From assembly GCA_030390025.1 (NCBI GenBank), contig CM059432.1, positions 69,132,001-69,196,000 on the forward strand: a stretch of 64,000 nt of DNA. Direction: 5' to 3'. Origin of the DNA: Squalus acanthias. Taxonomy: Eukaryota. Shown one piece after another: positions 37,169-47,769 of this stretch (within the stretch, counting starts at the first letter, position 1; every line of letters starts with the position of its first letter). Below the pieces are notes generated by a model, which did no database searches, was not told where the DNA came from, and was given only the letters and a program-made list of their open reading frames with translations. The position numbers and the translations under genes were made by a program.

Positions 37169-38228
37169 CTCCTTTTTCTTCTTAGGCAGTCCCTCGGAAC
37201 CGAGGATGACTTGCTTCCACATTAAAAATGAGTTCTCAGGTGACTGATGAGTCCAATGCGGGACCTACAGTCTCTGTCACAGGTGGGGCAGACGGTGGTT
37301 GAAAGGGCGGGTGGGTGGGGTGCTTGGGTTGATGTGCGCTCCTTGCGCTGCATGCGCTTGGCTTCCGCTTGCTCCCGGCGAAGAGACTCGAGGTGTTCGG
37401 CGCCTTCCCGGATGCTTCTCCTCCACTTTGTGTGGTCTTGGGCCAGGGATTCCCAGGTGTCGGTGGAGGTGTTGCACTTTTTCAAGGAGGTTTGAGGATG
37501 TCCTTGATGCGTTTCCTCTGCCCACCTGGGGCTCTCTTGCCGTGTTGGAGCTCTGAGTAGAGCGCTTGTTTTGGGAGTCTCGTATCAGGCATGCGGACGA
37601 TGTGACCCGTCCATCGGAGCTGATTGAGCGTGGTCAAAGCTTTGATGCTGGGGATGTTGGCCTGAGCGAGAACACTGACGTTGGTGCGCTTATCCTGCCA
37701 ATGGATTTGCAGGATCTTGCGGAGGCAGCATTGGAGGTACCTCTCCAGTGCTTTGAGGTGCCTGCTGTACATGGTCCATGTCTCTGAGGCATACAGCAGG
37801 GCGGGTATCACTGCTGCTCTGTAGACCATGAGCTTAGTGCCGGGTATGAGATCCTGGTCTTCAAACACTCTCTTCTTCAGGCGACCGAAGGTTGCACTGG
37901 CACACTGAAGGCGGTGTTGGACTTTGTCATCGATGTCTGCCCTTGTTGACAGTAGGCTTCCGAGGTATGGAAAGTGGTCCATGTTGTCCAAGGCCTTGTC
38001 GTGGATTTTGATAATCGGGAGGCAGTACTGTGTGGCGGGGACAGGTTGGTAGAGGACCTTTGTCTTACGGATGTTTAGTGTAAGGCCCATGCTCTCGTAC
38101 GCTTCGGTGAAGGTGTTGATGATGGTTTGGAGTTCGACCTCCGACTGAGCGCAGACGCAAGCGTCGTCTGCATACTGTAATTCAACGACAGAGGATGGGA
38201 TGATCTTGGATCTGGACTGGAGGCTCTA
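37169..38228 (-). mobile_element. 5'-truncated RTE-clade (BovB-like) LINE
   Basis: LQYADD at ~38165-38182; ORF 37482-38090 (GLTLNIRKTKV, FPYLGS, LRWTGH, RLPKQALY); C-terminal CPTCDR..H..H finger; 11-bp TSD ACAATTACTCT (37158-37168 / 38229-38239). Confidence 0.93.
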
Positions 38229-38379
38229 ACAATTACTCTAACAGAGCAATCAATGGAGCTTATCCAAGTACTTTAAAATGATACTTCAAAATATTGGCTT
38301 TGCACTATTTGCAGTTGTGTAGCAGCCACTGTAAACCTGAACTGCTGTGAGACAACCTCTTCCAAGTTGGTCTACACCA

Positions 38380-38548
38380 GGGGGTAGATCTTGACCTTCT
38401 GTGATAGTGTAAAACAGGTGATAGCGAATTGGTAGCCCGTTTTACATTTCTTCCAATTTTTATTTCTTTTGAAGTCAATGGACGTAAAATGGCCTGCTGA
38501 TTCGCTATCACGCATTTTACACATTCACACAAAGTCAAAATTACTCCC
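38380..38548. mobile_element. ~170-bp palindromic Harbinger-type MITE
   Basis: TIRs GGGGGTAGATCTTGAC / GTCAAAATTACTCCC; inner arms GTAAAA..GTGATAGCGAAT / ATTCGCTATCAC..TTTTAC; relatives at 7195-7360 and 35160-35268. Confidence 0.72.
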
Positions 38549-39979
38549 TTAATGCCTAATTCTGTCTGATGCTCATTTAGCTGTAGTTATATTAGATATT
38601 TTGCATCACTACAAAACCAAAATTGCTTCACAGCTAAACCAAATTTGTGGTATAATTAACCTCTAACACAGATAGGAGGAGAATTCTGTTCTGGAAATGT
38701 CCTTGATCGGCTTTCCTTCTCCAGTTGCAACTAAACACAACCTATGTTCAGCCACATGACTTAGATGATAACTCGAGCATTCTAATGAGATAGGTATTAC
38801 TGTGTACTGATCTAATGTGAGTCTACTGCAGTGTCAGAGTGTCAAATGACCTCTTCTCGTGCAACGTATTCTACCCTGTCATCCTGTAAAGCCAGTCTCC
38901 AGGACTTTCTGTTTGATCAGCTGGGCAGCTAATGTGGAATGCAGTACAGTTACATTGAATCATTAACGTAAAGGTGACTTTGGCAAGCTGTATCTGCAAA
39001 CATAAATGTTATGTAGCATTTAAACAACTGATTATTCCTCAGATTCTAAAGGATGCTCTTTAAGTCGTGTGTATGTAATTTAATTTTCTCTGTTTAAAAA
39101 GCTTTCAGTTTGAAATTTAATTTTCGATCTACTGAGCACAACTTGTATCGCTTGAATGCAAGTGGATCTGCTGCCCTACAAACTGTAGATTTCCAGCACT
39201 TTGGTGAAGCATCTATTAGATGGTGCCATGTGTTGAAGCACATAAATGGTGCCAAGACAGTGGAGGAACACAGGATCCGTCTTTAAAACTGCAACATTCC
39301 CGATCTCAGCTGTGCTGCTTTGGAGGGGGACCAAGAAGACAAGGAAGGAAAGCTGAAAGAAGAATTGTTCTGGGTAACTATTGCATGCCAACTCACAGAA
39401 GACTTGGTACAGCGTTGTGAGAGGTCTGGGAACTTTTGGCACACTTTGCTTTTCTTGGAATCCGAGGGGGGGAAAAATCAGTTGGTTGCGCCTCCCATTA
39501 GCGCCTTAAGAGGGCGCTAATGGGGCGCAAAGCAGCTAGCGCCTGGGCGCAGCGATGTTTGCGCCGCTCGCGAACTTAACTAGACATTTTGCGGCGGTGC
39601 TAAAATTTACCGCCGCGATCTCCTGCGCACGCAGATCTTGGCGTCATACGAGGGTGCAACGCCCTTGTGGCGCCCCGGAGCGAAAATTGAGTGGCGCCCC
39701 CATCCTTTCCGCCTGGCGCATCCAACGACCGGAAGACTGGAACGCTATCAGTCGCTGTGCGGCTGGGGGTGGGGCGCTATTTAAAGGGGGCCTCTTCCTG
39801 TCTTTCTCTGTGGTTGACATTTTTGCACCACTCGTTCTGAGAGAGAGAGAGAGATTCGGAGAGACAGAAAGAGAGACTTCTGCATTGAGTCAACGCTGTG
39901 TGAGGTACTTTTGGCTACTGATCATAACTTGGCAGGTACTTTGGTTTTTGGCCTTCATAACTTTGCTTGCTAAGAGACT

Positions 39980-41140
39980 ATGGGGGCTGCACTGATTGGG
40001 GGCGTCGTCCTGCGCCAGCTGAATCGGAGGACACAGAGACGCAGAGAGAGAGTGGCAATGATGGCCAGACGGAGGAGGGCCAACAGGCGTCTGTACAGGA
40101 GAGCTTACCCTCACAGGGTATATCGTGAACAGCTCTCCTACATTCATATGTCTGAGGAGCAGTGTTTGCGAAGGCTGCGCTTCAGCAAGGAGGTGGTCAC
40201 TGAGCTCTGCCACCTGCTGCAGCCAGATCTGCAGCCTCAACTGAGGTCCAGGACGTCTCTGTCGGTGGCAGTGAAGGTCACAGTGGCTCTCAACTTCTAT
40301 GCTACTGGCTCATTTCAGGCTGCTGCTGGGGACATCGCCAATATCTCCCAGTTCGCGGTGCATTGCTGCATCCGTCACGTCACAAATGCCCTCTTTAAAA
40401 GGAGACGAGAGTACATCTCTTTCCCCATGACCCCAGACAAGCAGCATGAACGCGCTCTGGGCTTTGCGAGGATAGCGGGCTTCCCCATGGTGCAGGGCGC
40501 CATTGACTGCACGCATGTGGCTTTGCGTGCTCCGCATGTGAATGCCGAGGATTTCCGGAACAGAAAGGGGTTCCATTCCTTGAATGTTCAGTTGGTCTGT
40601 GACCACAGACAGCTGATACTCGCTGTCAATGCCCACTATCCTGGCAGCTGCCACGATGCTTTCATCCTGCGCCAGACTACTGTGGCAGAACTTTTCGAGG
40701 CACCGCATCAGCCAGTTGGTTGGCTTCTCGGGGACAAGGGGTATCCACTGAGCACCTGGCTGATGACACCGCTCCGTACGCCCAACACCCCTGCTGAGCT
40801 GCGGTACAACGAGAGCCATCAAGCTACCAGGAACGTCGTTGAGCACACTATCGGCGTGCTGAAGCAACGGTTCCGCTGTCTGGACCATTCTGGAGGAGCC
40901 CTGCAGTACTCACCTGAGCGAGTTTCCCACTTCGTAGTTGTGTGCTGCATGCTGCATAACATGGTAATCCTCAGGACCCAGCCAATGCCACCAGGCCTTG
41001 GAGCACCACCAGAGGAGGAGGAGGAGGAGGAGGAAGAGGAGGAGGAGGATGATCATCAGCAGCACCAAGGCGGGAGGGCGGCCCACAATGTTGAAACTGC
41101 AAGGGCCGTCCGTCAACGGCTGATAGCAAGCCGCTTCTAG
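39980..41140 (+). CDS. Harbinger DDE transposase (HARBI1-like), 386 aa
   Basis: HTH region (VALNFYATGSFQ..GDIANISQ), GAIDCTH (D176), NRKGFHSLNVQ, PGSCHD (D226), GDKGY (D252), RNVVE (E288), LKQRFRCL, CCMLHN; acidic tail; no stops or frameshifts. Confidence 0.96.
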   Translation: MGAALIGGVVLRQLNRRTQRRRERVAMMARRRRANRRLYRRAYPHRVYREQLSYIHMSEEQCLRRLRFSKEVVTELCHLLQPDLQPQLRSRTSLSVAVKVTVALNFYATGSFQAAAGDIANISQFAVHCCIRHVTNALFKRRREYISFPMTPDKQHERALGFARIAGFPMVQGAIDCTHVALRAPHVNAEDFRNRKGFHSLNVQLVCDHRQLILAVNAHYPGSCHDAFILRQTTVAELFEAPHQPVGWLLGDKGYPLSTWLMTPLRTPNTPAELRYNESHQATRNVVEHTIGVLKQRFRCLDHSGGALQYSPERVSHFVVVCCMLHNMVILRTQPMPPGLGAPPEEEEEEEEEEEEDDHQQHQGGRAAHNVETARAVRQRLIASRF

Positions 41141-41451
41141 GCCCCTGCTGAGGAAATGGCTTCTGCCATTGAGAACAACATGAATGAAACCAACCCGCAA
41201 CCCCTAAGCCGGCCAAGGCAGCAATGATTCCAAAGACCAAACATGTACATTTTGAATACAAAAACTTATTTATTTTACAAACTCTGTGTGTGTCATTTCT
41301 TCATGACAAACTAATAGAAAGAAATACAAAAAAACAGTCATTAACATAACTGGTTCTCACAACCTGGAGATAATGTCCAAAACACTAAACAAAAGTTTAA
41401 ACACGAACCTCGGCCTTTAATAAAAAATTGACAAACATTTTGTCACACCTC

Positions 41452-43304
41452 CTACTTTTTGCCCTTCGAGGGTGATCTCCTTCCCTTGCGCACTTCCCCC
41501 CTTCCCACCCTACTGCTCCTCCGTAATGGGACCTCAGTGGCTGCAGCAAGGCTGGTGGAAGGCTGCTGATTCTCATAACCTGAGACTGCAGATGCCCTTG
41601 AAGGACGGCCTCGACCAGCTCTGGGCCTGGAGGGCCCGGTTGCAGACTGCACCAACTCTGCATGGGCGGCAGCAGTCTGTCCTACAGGCGGTGGCAAGTG
41701 CAGTGGAGAAGTGACAGTGGTGGCAGCAGGAATGCTGTCATCTTGAGAGAGGACAGCAACTCCCTGCTCGACCGACACACTGGCACTCCCACGGGGCAGT
41801 ACTTCAGCATCCGGAGCAATCTGCTGGAGCACAGATTGCTGGCCTGCTGCGGCGCGGTGAGAGCCCCGGGGAAATGTGTCCGAACCATCGAGGATGGCAG
41901 CAGTCAGTGCTCGCGTGGCCTCAATCTGAGTCTGCATGACAGCAGTCTGAGACTGAATTGCAGCACTAAGCTTTAGCGTGGCATCCGCCTGTGCTACAGC
42001 GAAGTGCTCCACACTCCTTGCCAGTGATTCAATGCATTCGGGCACCCTTCCCACTGCACCCATGAGCTCAGTGTGCATATCCACCGCCTGGGTGTTCATT
42101 TCAGCGATGAGCCGCTCCTCCTCTGCGTCCAGTGCAGCAGGACTCGCTGGCCTACTCTCCCTCCGGGGAGAAGGCCCCCGAGCTTCCCTACCCCCATCGC
42201 GTTGCTGCAGCCCGCTGGGTCCTGGAGCTTCACCCTCATCAGACCCTTCCCCCCTGCTCCCCTCCAGGGAAGGCGTGTTCCCAGTGTGGGCATGGGCTTC
42301 CTCGGGAGAGGGTGGCACTGATGCTCCGCCTTCATCTTCCTCCTCGCCTGCAGCTTCACTCCCACTGGCAGCTTGAAGGCCCGTCTCCTCAGCTGGTGAA
42401 TCACCATCTGAAAGCAGGGAGGTACAAGAGTGGCTTTAGCATGAGGACAGGGTGGCAGTAAGGGAGAAATGAGTGCAGCGATTTAGTAAGTTGGATTGAA
42501 AGTGTCAAAGGCTGGTGTTGTGAGGGACAAGTGGAAGGACAGAAGACAAAAAGGTGATGACCTTACCATTGCTGTCCAGAACGGGGTCGGCGTCTCTAGT
42601 GGCGACGGGACCGATCACCCGACTTGCCACAATCCTGTGGATGCGCGCCTCAAGATCGCTGAGGGGTTGCAGCTGAGGCCGCCCTCCACCCGTCCGTTGC
42701 TGCTGTCTCCTATTATGAGACAGCTTGGCCTGCAAGAAAAAGGACGGCGTCTGAGTAAATATACAGCCATGGTCTTGCCTGATGTGCCTCCCGTAGGTGA
42801 ATAGCCCTTACTGTATGCAGCCATGGTCTTGCCTGATGTGCCTCCCATAGGTGAATAGCCCTTACTGTATGCAGCCATGGTCTTGCCTGATGTGCCTCCC
42901 ATAGGTGAATAGCCCTTACTGTATGCATAGTGTGGAATGTGCGTGTGTGTTTCATGAGAGGGCCATAGGTGTTGGATGAGTGTTGTGCATTGGGGTTTTA
43001 AGACCCTCTGGCAATAGAGTGAGGTTGAGATGGAGGGATGGAGAGGTATTGAAAAAAAGCCACTCACCCTGACGACCCGAGTGAGGTCGTTGAACTTTTT
43101 CCGACATTGTACATGGGTCCTGGGCACCATGCTCCTGCAGGAGACGCTCTGAGCCACCTCCCTCCACACTCTTCTGTACTCACGCGGCAAAGGCCTCCTG
43201 CCACTCTCTGGGTACAGTATTGATCTTCTGCGCTCCACCGCGCCAACCAGAGCATCCAAGGCCCGCTCGCTGAAGCGCTGAGCTCGTTCTCTCACCCTCT
43301 CCAT
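41452..43304 (-). CDS. Harbinger Myb/SANT-like DNA-binding protein, 3 exons (43304-43068, 42729-42567, 42407-41452), 451 aa
   Basis: RFSERALDALV..W.EVA..V....RT..QCRKKFNDL trihelix motif; donors GTGAGT and GTAAGG, acceptors TTGCAG and TTTCAG; phases 0 and 1 join in frame; RTGGG motif in exon 2; basic C-terminus. Confidence 0.88.
42761..42927. repeat. 54-bp tandem repeat x3 in intron 1 of the Myb gene
   Basis: Units start at 42761, 42815 and 42869; units 2 and 3 are identical, unit 1 differs at 2 positions. Confidence 0.95.
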
Positions 43305-45530
43305 AGTCCTTGGCTGGAAGATTTAGGCACAGGTCTCTCCAGGCCGAGATTCAAGGCTCCAATGAGCAGGGTGTGGCTGGAGTGCAAGATCGACCCTCCC
43401 CTTTAAGAACTGTCCGGCGCCAGTGTGTCTGTGTTCCATCGCTAACTGACAGCACCTGCGCTGCGCCCGCGCTCTGAGTTAGCGCCTCGCTCCTCGGCCT
43501 TTGCGCCTTAAGACAGGTGTGTAGCGCCTGATTTAGCGCTCCAATCACCTCCAGGGGCGTTAAAAGTCAAGTTTGCCGTCGGTGGCGATAATTAGCGCCA
43601 GGCGCTAATCTTTGCGCCCGGCCGATAATTGCGCCCCAAATGGGGCGATACTGAATTTCTCCCCCCTAATGTTTTAATCCCATCATCATTCACTAAAATA
43701 ATATTTCAGCTATTCTCAGAAAATACACTTGCATAGATTTTCCACCCATCAGATGCTTTCTCTTGGCAGAACTCCGATGAATGGGAAGTGGGAAATTGCA
43801 CCTGCTCCCCACTGAAAATGTTACATTCCGTGTAGTCCACTGCCGCTGGTTTTGAGGGGGGGCCTAATTAAACGCACATGCATGATGCCATCTCAGTCAC
43901 AAGGCTTTCTAACCTGGGGAGACATGTGAAGGGAAAACAGAAACAAATCAATAACGCTCACCAACCAGGCCTCTCTGCTGGAGTTATTGTATAACAGGGG
44001 AAGATGGTCAAGAGAAGAAAAAGGTTGTCGAGTTTCCAGTTCATCTCAGCCACAGAGAGTGAAGCAGATCCATACATACTGTGTTCACCAATCACATCAT
44101 TGTTATCAATCACAGCATGAGCTCAGCTCTTTTTTACGTTCCCACCAGTGTTTCAAAGGTTTTCTATCTTCATATTCCTTTCAAGTGTGCTGTGCTAATG
44201 CTAAAGGTATATGTTTACCCTTTAATTAAACACTGATAAGATAGGCTTCTGTGGACCATTGGTGACATTTTGACCCCAGTTCACAACTTCATTTTGTACC
44301 TTTACAGCTCTGTGATAGTAGGATGCTCCCTTCATTGACTATGGCCCTAACTATTTGTTTTTCCTCTTTTTAAAGATGGGTAGCAGAAAAAACTAACACT
44401 GCTGACTTTGTTTTAGCAATTCCACAATCACAGAGCAAGTTAAGTAGTGAGGGTCAGTGTCAGGCAGTGTCATTCGTTAAAGACATCCAGGCTGAAATCA
44501 ATGACTTGCAATCCACAGTCTTGATTAAACAAGGGCCTGGAAATGATGTGAATGGGATTTCTGCCGTACTTTCGGCAAAGTTCTGGCAACGGAGCAGGAG
44601 TAGTTCCAAGGAAATTCCCAGCCATGTTTTCTGTAAATATGTACATTTTTTAAACTCTCTGGGCTTGAAATTTATGGGCTCGGGGAGGAAGGAGAGATGG
44701 GAAGATCTCCAGATTGGGGTGGGCGGGGTGGGGAGAGGACGGGGAAAATGAAATTTGGGGCGGAGACCAGACCACCTGGGTTTCCACCTCAGACATAAAG
44801 TGTGCAAATTTCCGGTCGGGCAAGTTACTTTTCGGCACAATCTCACCCTTCCCTCAGAAAGCTTGCAGTTCTAAATTTAATGTGGGCTGCACTAGACTAG
44901 TTTTGATTGCCTAAGGGGGTCGGAGGTGAATTTTCCAGCTATTTTCCCTGATTGGTCTGGGTTTTTATCTGGTTTTCCGCCTCTCCCAAAGATTACATGG
45001 CGGGTGGGGAGTGTATGTATGAAGATGCATAAGGCATCACAACTGTGTGGGACGGATTGGATGGACCAATGGATCTTTTCCTGGCTATTATTTTCTTAAG
45101 TTTCATGTGTTCGTAACTGTCACTCTTGCCTGTATAAACTAGCAATTTAAATCGACCAATATCAAAAATCCTGTGTAGTCGGTATCTGGGTAAAATGGTT
45201 AGCATAGAGCCCCCCACATTCATGTCCTCACACTTAAATGCCGGGACTGAAAAATGTTCAATACTGCGCATTATTTAGGCAATAGGAATACGAAAAGGAC
45301 AGATTAGAGATTTTGGCATGGCCAGTGCATGGAATTATTTAGAAATTACAATGCGGAAACAGGCCATTCAGCCAAAACAGTCCATATCAGTGTTTATCCA
45401 CCACACAAGTGGTAGTCCTAATCCCGTCTGCCTACTCTGTTTCCATATCCCTTTATCCCCCTAGCATTCAACCACCTATCTATAATATATTCTTCATTGT
45501 TGACATGTTCGCTGCTTCTATCACTATCCC

Positions 45531-45912
45531 TACTCCAGAGACTTGAGCACAATAATCTAGGCTGACACTCCAGTGCAGTACTGAGGGAGCGCTGCACTGT
45601 CGGAAGTGCTGTCTTTTGAATGTAATGTTAAAGCGAGGTCCCATCTGCCCTCTCAGATGTACATAAAAGATCCCATGGCACTATCCGAAGAAGAACAGTG
45701 GAGTTCTCCCGGTGCCCTGGCTAACACTTATCCCTCAATCAACACCAAAAAACATATGATCTGGTTATTTATTTCATTGCTGTTTCTGAGACCTTGCTGT
45801 GTATAAATTGGCTGCCATGTATACTATATTACAACAGTAAATACACTTCAAAAGTACTTAATTGGCTGTAAAATGCTTTGGGACATCCTGAGGTCATGAA
45901 AGGTGCTATATA
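45531..45912 (+). mobile_element. 5'-truncated DeuSINE (SacSINE1-like)
   Basis: Aligns with 14250-14580. Confidence 0.88.
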
Positions 45913-46232
45913 TTTTTTTATTCATTTATGGGATGTGGGCGTCGCTGACAAGGCCAGCATTTATTGCCCATCCCTAATTGCCCTCGAGAAGGTGGTGGTG
46001 AGCCGCCTTCTTGAACCGCTGCAGTCCGTGTGGTGAAGGTACTCCCACAGTGCTGTTAGGGAGGGAGTTCCAGGATTTTGACCCAGTGACGATGAAGGAT
46101 CCGCGATATACTTCTACGTCAGGATGGTGTGTGACTTGGAGGGGAACTTGGAGGTGATGGTGTTCCCATGCGCCTGCTGCCCTTGTCCTTCTAGGTGGTA
46201 GAGGTCGCGGGTTTGGGAGGCGCTGCCGAAGA
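45913..46232 (-). mobile_element. 3' end of the second CR1-group LINE family
   Basis: Matches 2716-2893; encodes WNSLP; tail GGGCAATAAATGCTGGCC..CATCCCATAAATGAATAAAAAA on the minus strand. Confidence 0.85.
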
Positions 46233-47769
46233 GTGCAGGTTTTTCTTTTCAGTACATTTTACTGCCTCACAACTCTCTATGTAAAAACATTTCTCCTGGT
46301 CTCTGTACTAAATCTCTTACATTAAATCTAATGGCCCAGATTTTGTGGTAGAAATAACAGTGAGGCTATCAGCGCTCACCGTTATTAAAGAGTAAATCGG
46401 ACAGCAACTTCCAGTAATTGCATATGCACAGCGGAAATCAGGAATTTGCTGTCGAGTTGCCCTGCTCCTGCAGAAGCATCTCTATACCAGTATCTCGCCG
46501 AGAGACTCGGCATTCAAATACATGGAACATGTGAAGTTGGGGTACTTACCTGATAGATACCCACCAAACATGCCAGAAGAAGTTAGGGCTTGTCCATTCA
46601 GTGTAAGTGAATTTTTAACGCGTGATAAATTTTAATTACTGCCAAACAAAATTGCACTGAAAATTAACTTTTACAAGTGTGAAGTCTTATTCCTTCTGAT
46701 TTTAATTATTGTTGCAGTTTAAAAAAAAAATGTACTTTTTGTTTCTGTCTTTTATCTCTCTCTCTCTCTTAATCCCATCTTTCTTTCCCTCTCTTTATTT
46801 TGTTTTCTGTACATAATTTGGCACTGAATTAAATGTTCTAACTGACACTTCCTGGTTCAGACTCTGCAGCCCCCATCTTGACAGGGGTGGGTTGGGTAGG
46901 TGGGGGAGCAGGGTTTCCGTTTCCCTAAATGCTGTGATGTTTTAACTCCACGGCGTGCGTATTTTTGTTTGCCAGGATCCCTGCCCAGAAGTCAGCCTGA
47001 TTGACAGGCGTGGCTTCCAGTCGGGCGGGGAGTACTCCGGAGCAGGCCACACCCCCAGGTAGAGAACCTGCAGCTGCTACAGGGAGCATGGGGGCGGGGT
47101 CCGATCTCTGATCCGTGGTGGGGGGTCCGATCCTAGACCCCGGTGGTCTTTGTATGGGGGGGTTCTGATGAGGGTGAAGGGGTCCGATCCAAGGCAAGAG
47201 GATAAGTTTGGGGGGGGCCAGGGGGAAGCACTGCTGCTCCTCCTGGCCCACAAGCAGAAGCTGTAAATGCACTTAGCTTCTCCCCGAAGCTGTCCTCGCC
47301 CCCTTCAGCTGCCAGATTGCCCAAGGCTTAGGAAACTCGGGCGGCCAGGGTTAAACCTGCAAAATAGGTTAAATCTGAGGCTGCCAGCCTCATTATAATA
47401 TTTAAATGATCAACCCACCTCTTGTGAGCCAGTTGGCTGCCCTCTCCTTATCCCGCCTCCATTAAACACGGAAGTGGGCAGGTTGGAGGTGGTTTGGAGT
47501 CGGGTTTGAGAGTTTTAAAGTTTTAACATGGAAGTCGAAGTTCCCGTCCGGAAGCTGCATTCCAGCTTCTAATAACATCTGGAAGGGAGGCTATGGAGTT
47601 CTCAAGGAATTGTGGGTAATTAAAAGGGAGAACGAATAAAAATTAAAATGAAGTGAAAAAAATACAGTTTTCAGCCCTTGCTGCCTTTAAAAAATTAACA
47701 TTAAAAAGAAATCCCCAATGGGAGTCTTTAGCATTTAAAGCTGAATTCCCTTCCCAACCTCAAAAAATG

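Larger units (their letters stand above)
39466..43666. mobile_element. Apparently intact autonomous PIF/Harbinger DNA transposon
   Basis: 17-bp TIRs GGGGGGGAAAAATCAGT vs (rc) GGGGGGAGAAATTCAGT, 3 mismatches; CpG-rich subterminal TTAGCGCC repeats; two convergent open genes; flanks are CGA and TAA, so the TSD is imperfect. Confidence 0.93.

Noticed and set aside
40310..40888. 192-aa antisense ORF and other overlapping ORFs in 41400-42800
   Set aside because: Shadow frames of GC-rich coding sequence with no recognisable motifs
39980..41140. Calling this the host gene HARBI1
   Set aside because: It lies between TIRs with a Myb partner, and has an Arg-rich N-terminus and poly-Glu tail; this is transposon context, so no gene symbol is given
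42761..42927. CRISPR-like array or protein repeat
   Set aside because: Units are contiguous with no unique spacers, the context is eukaryotic, and the repeat lies in a predicted intron
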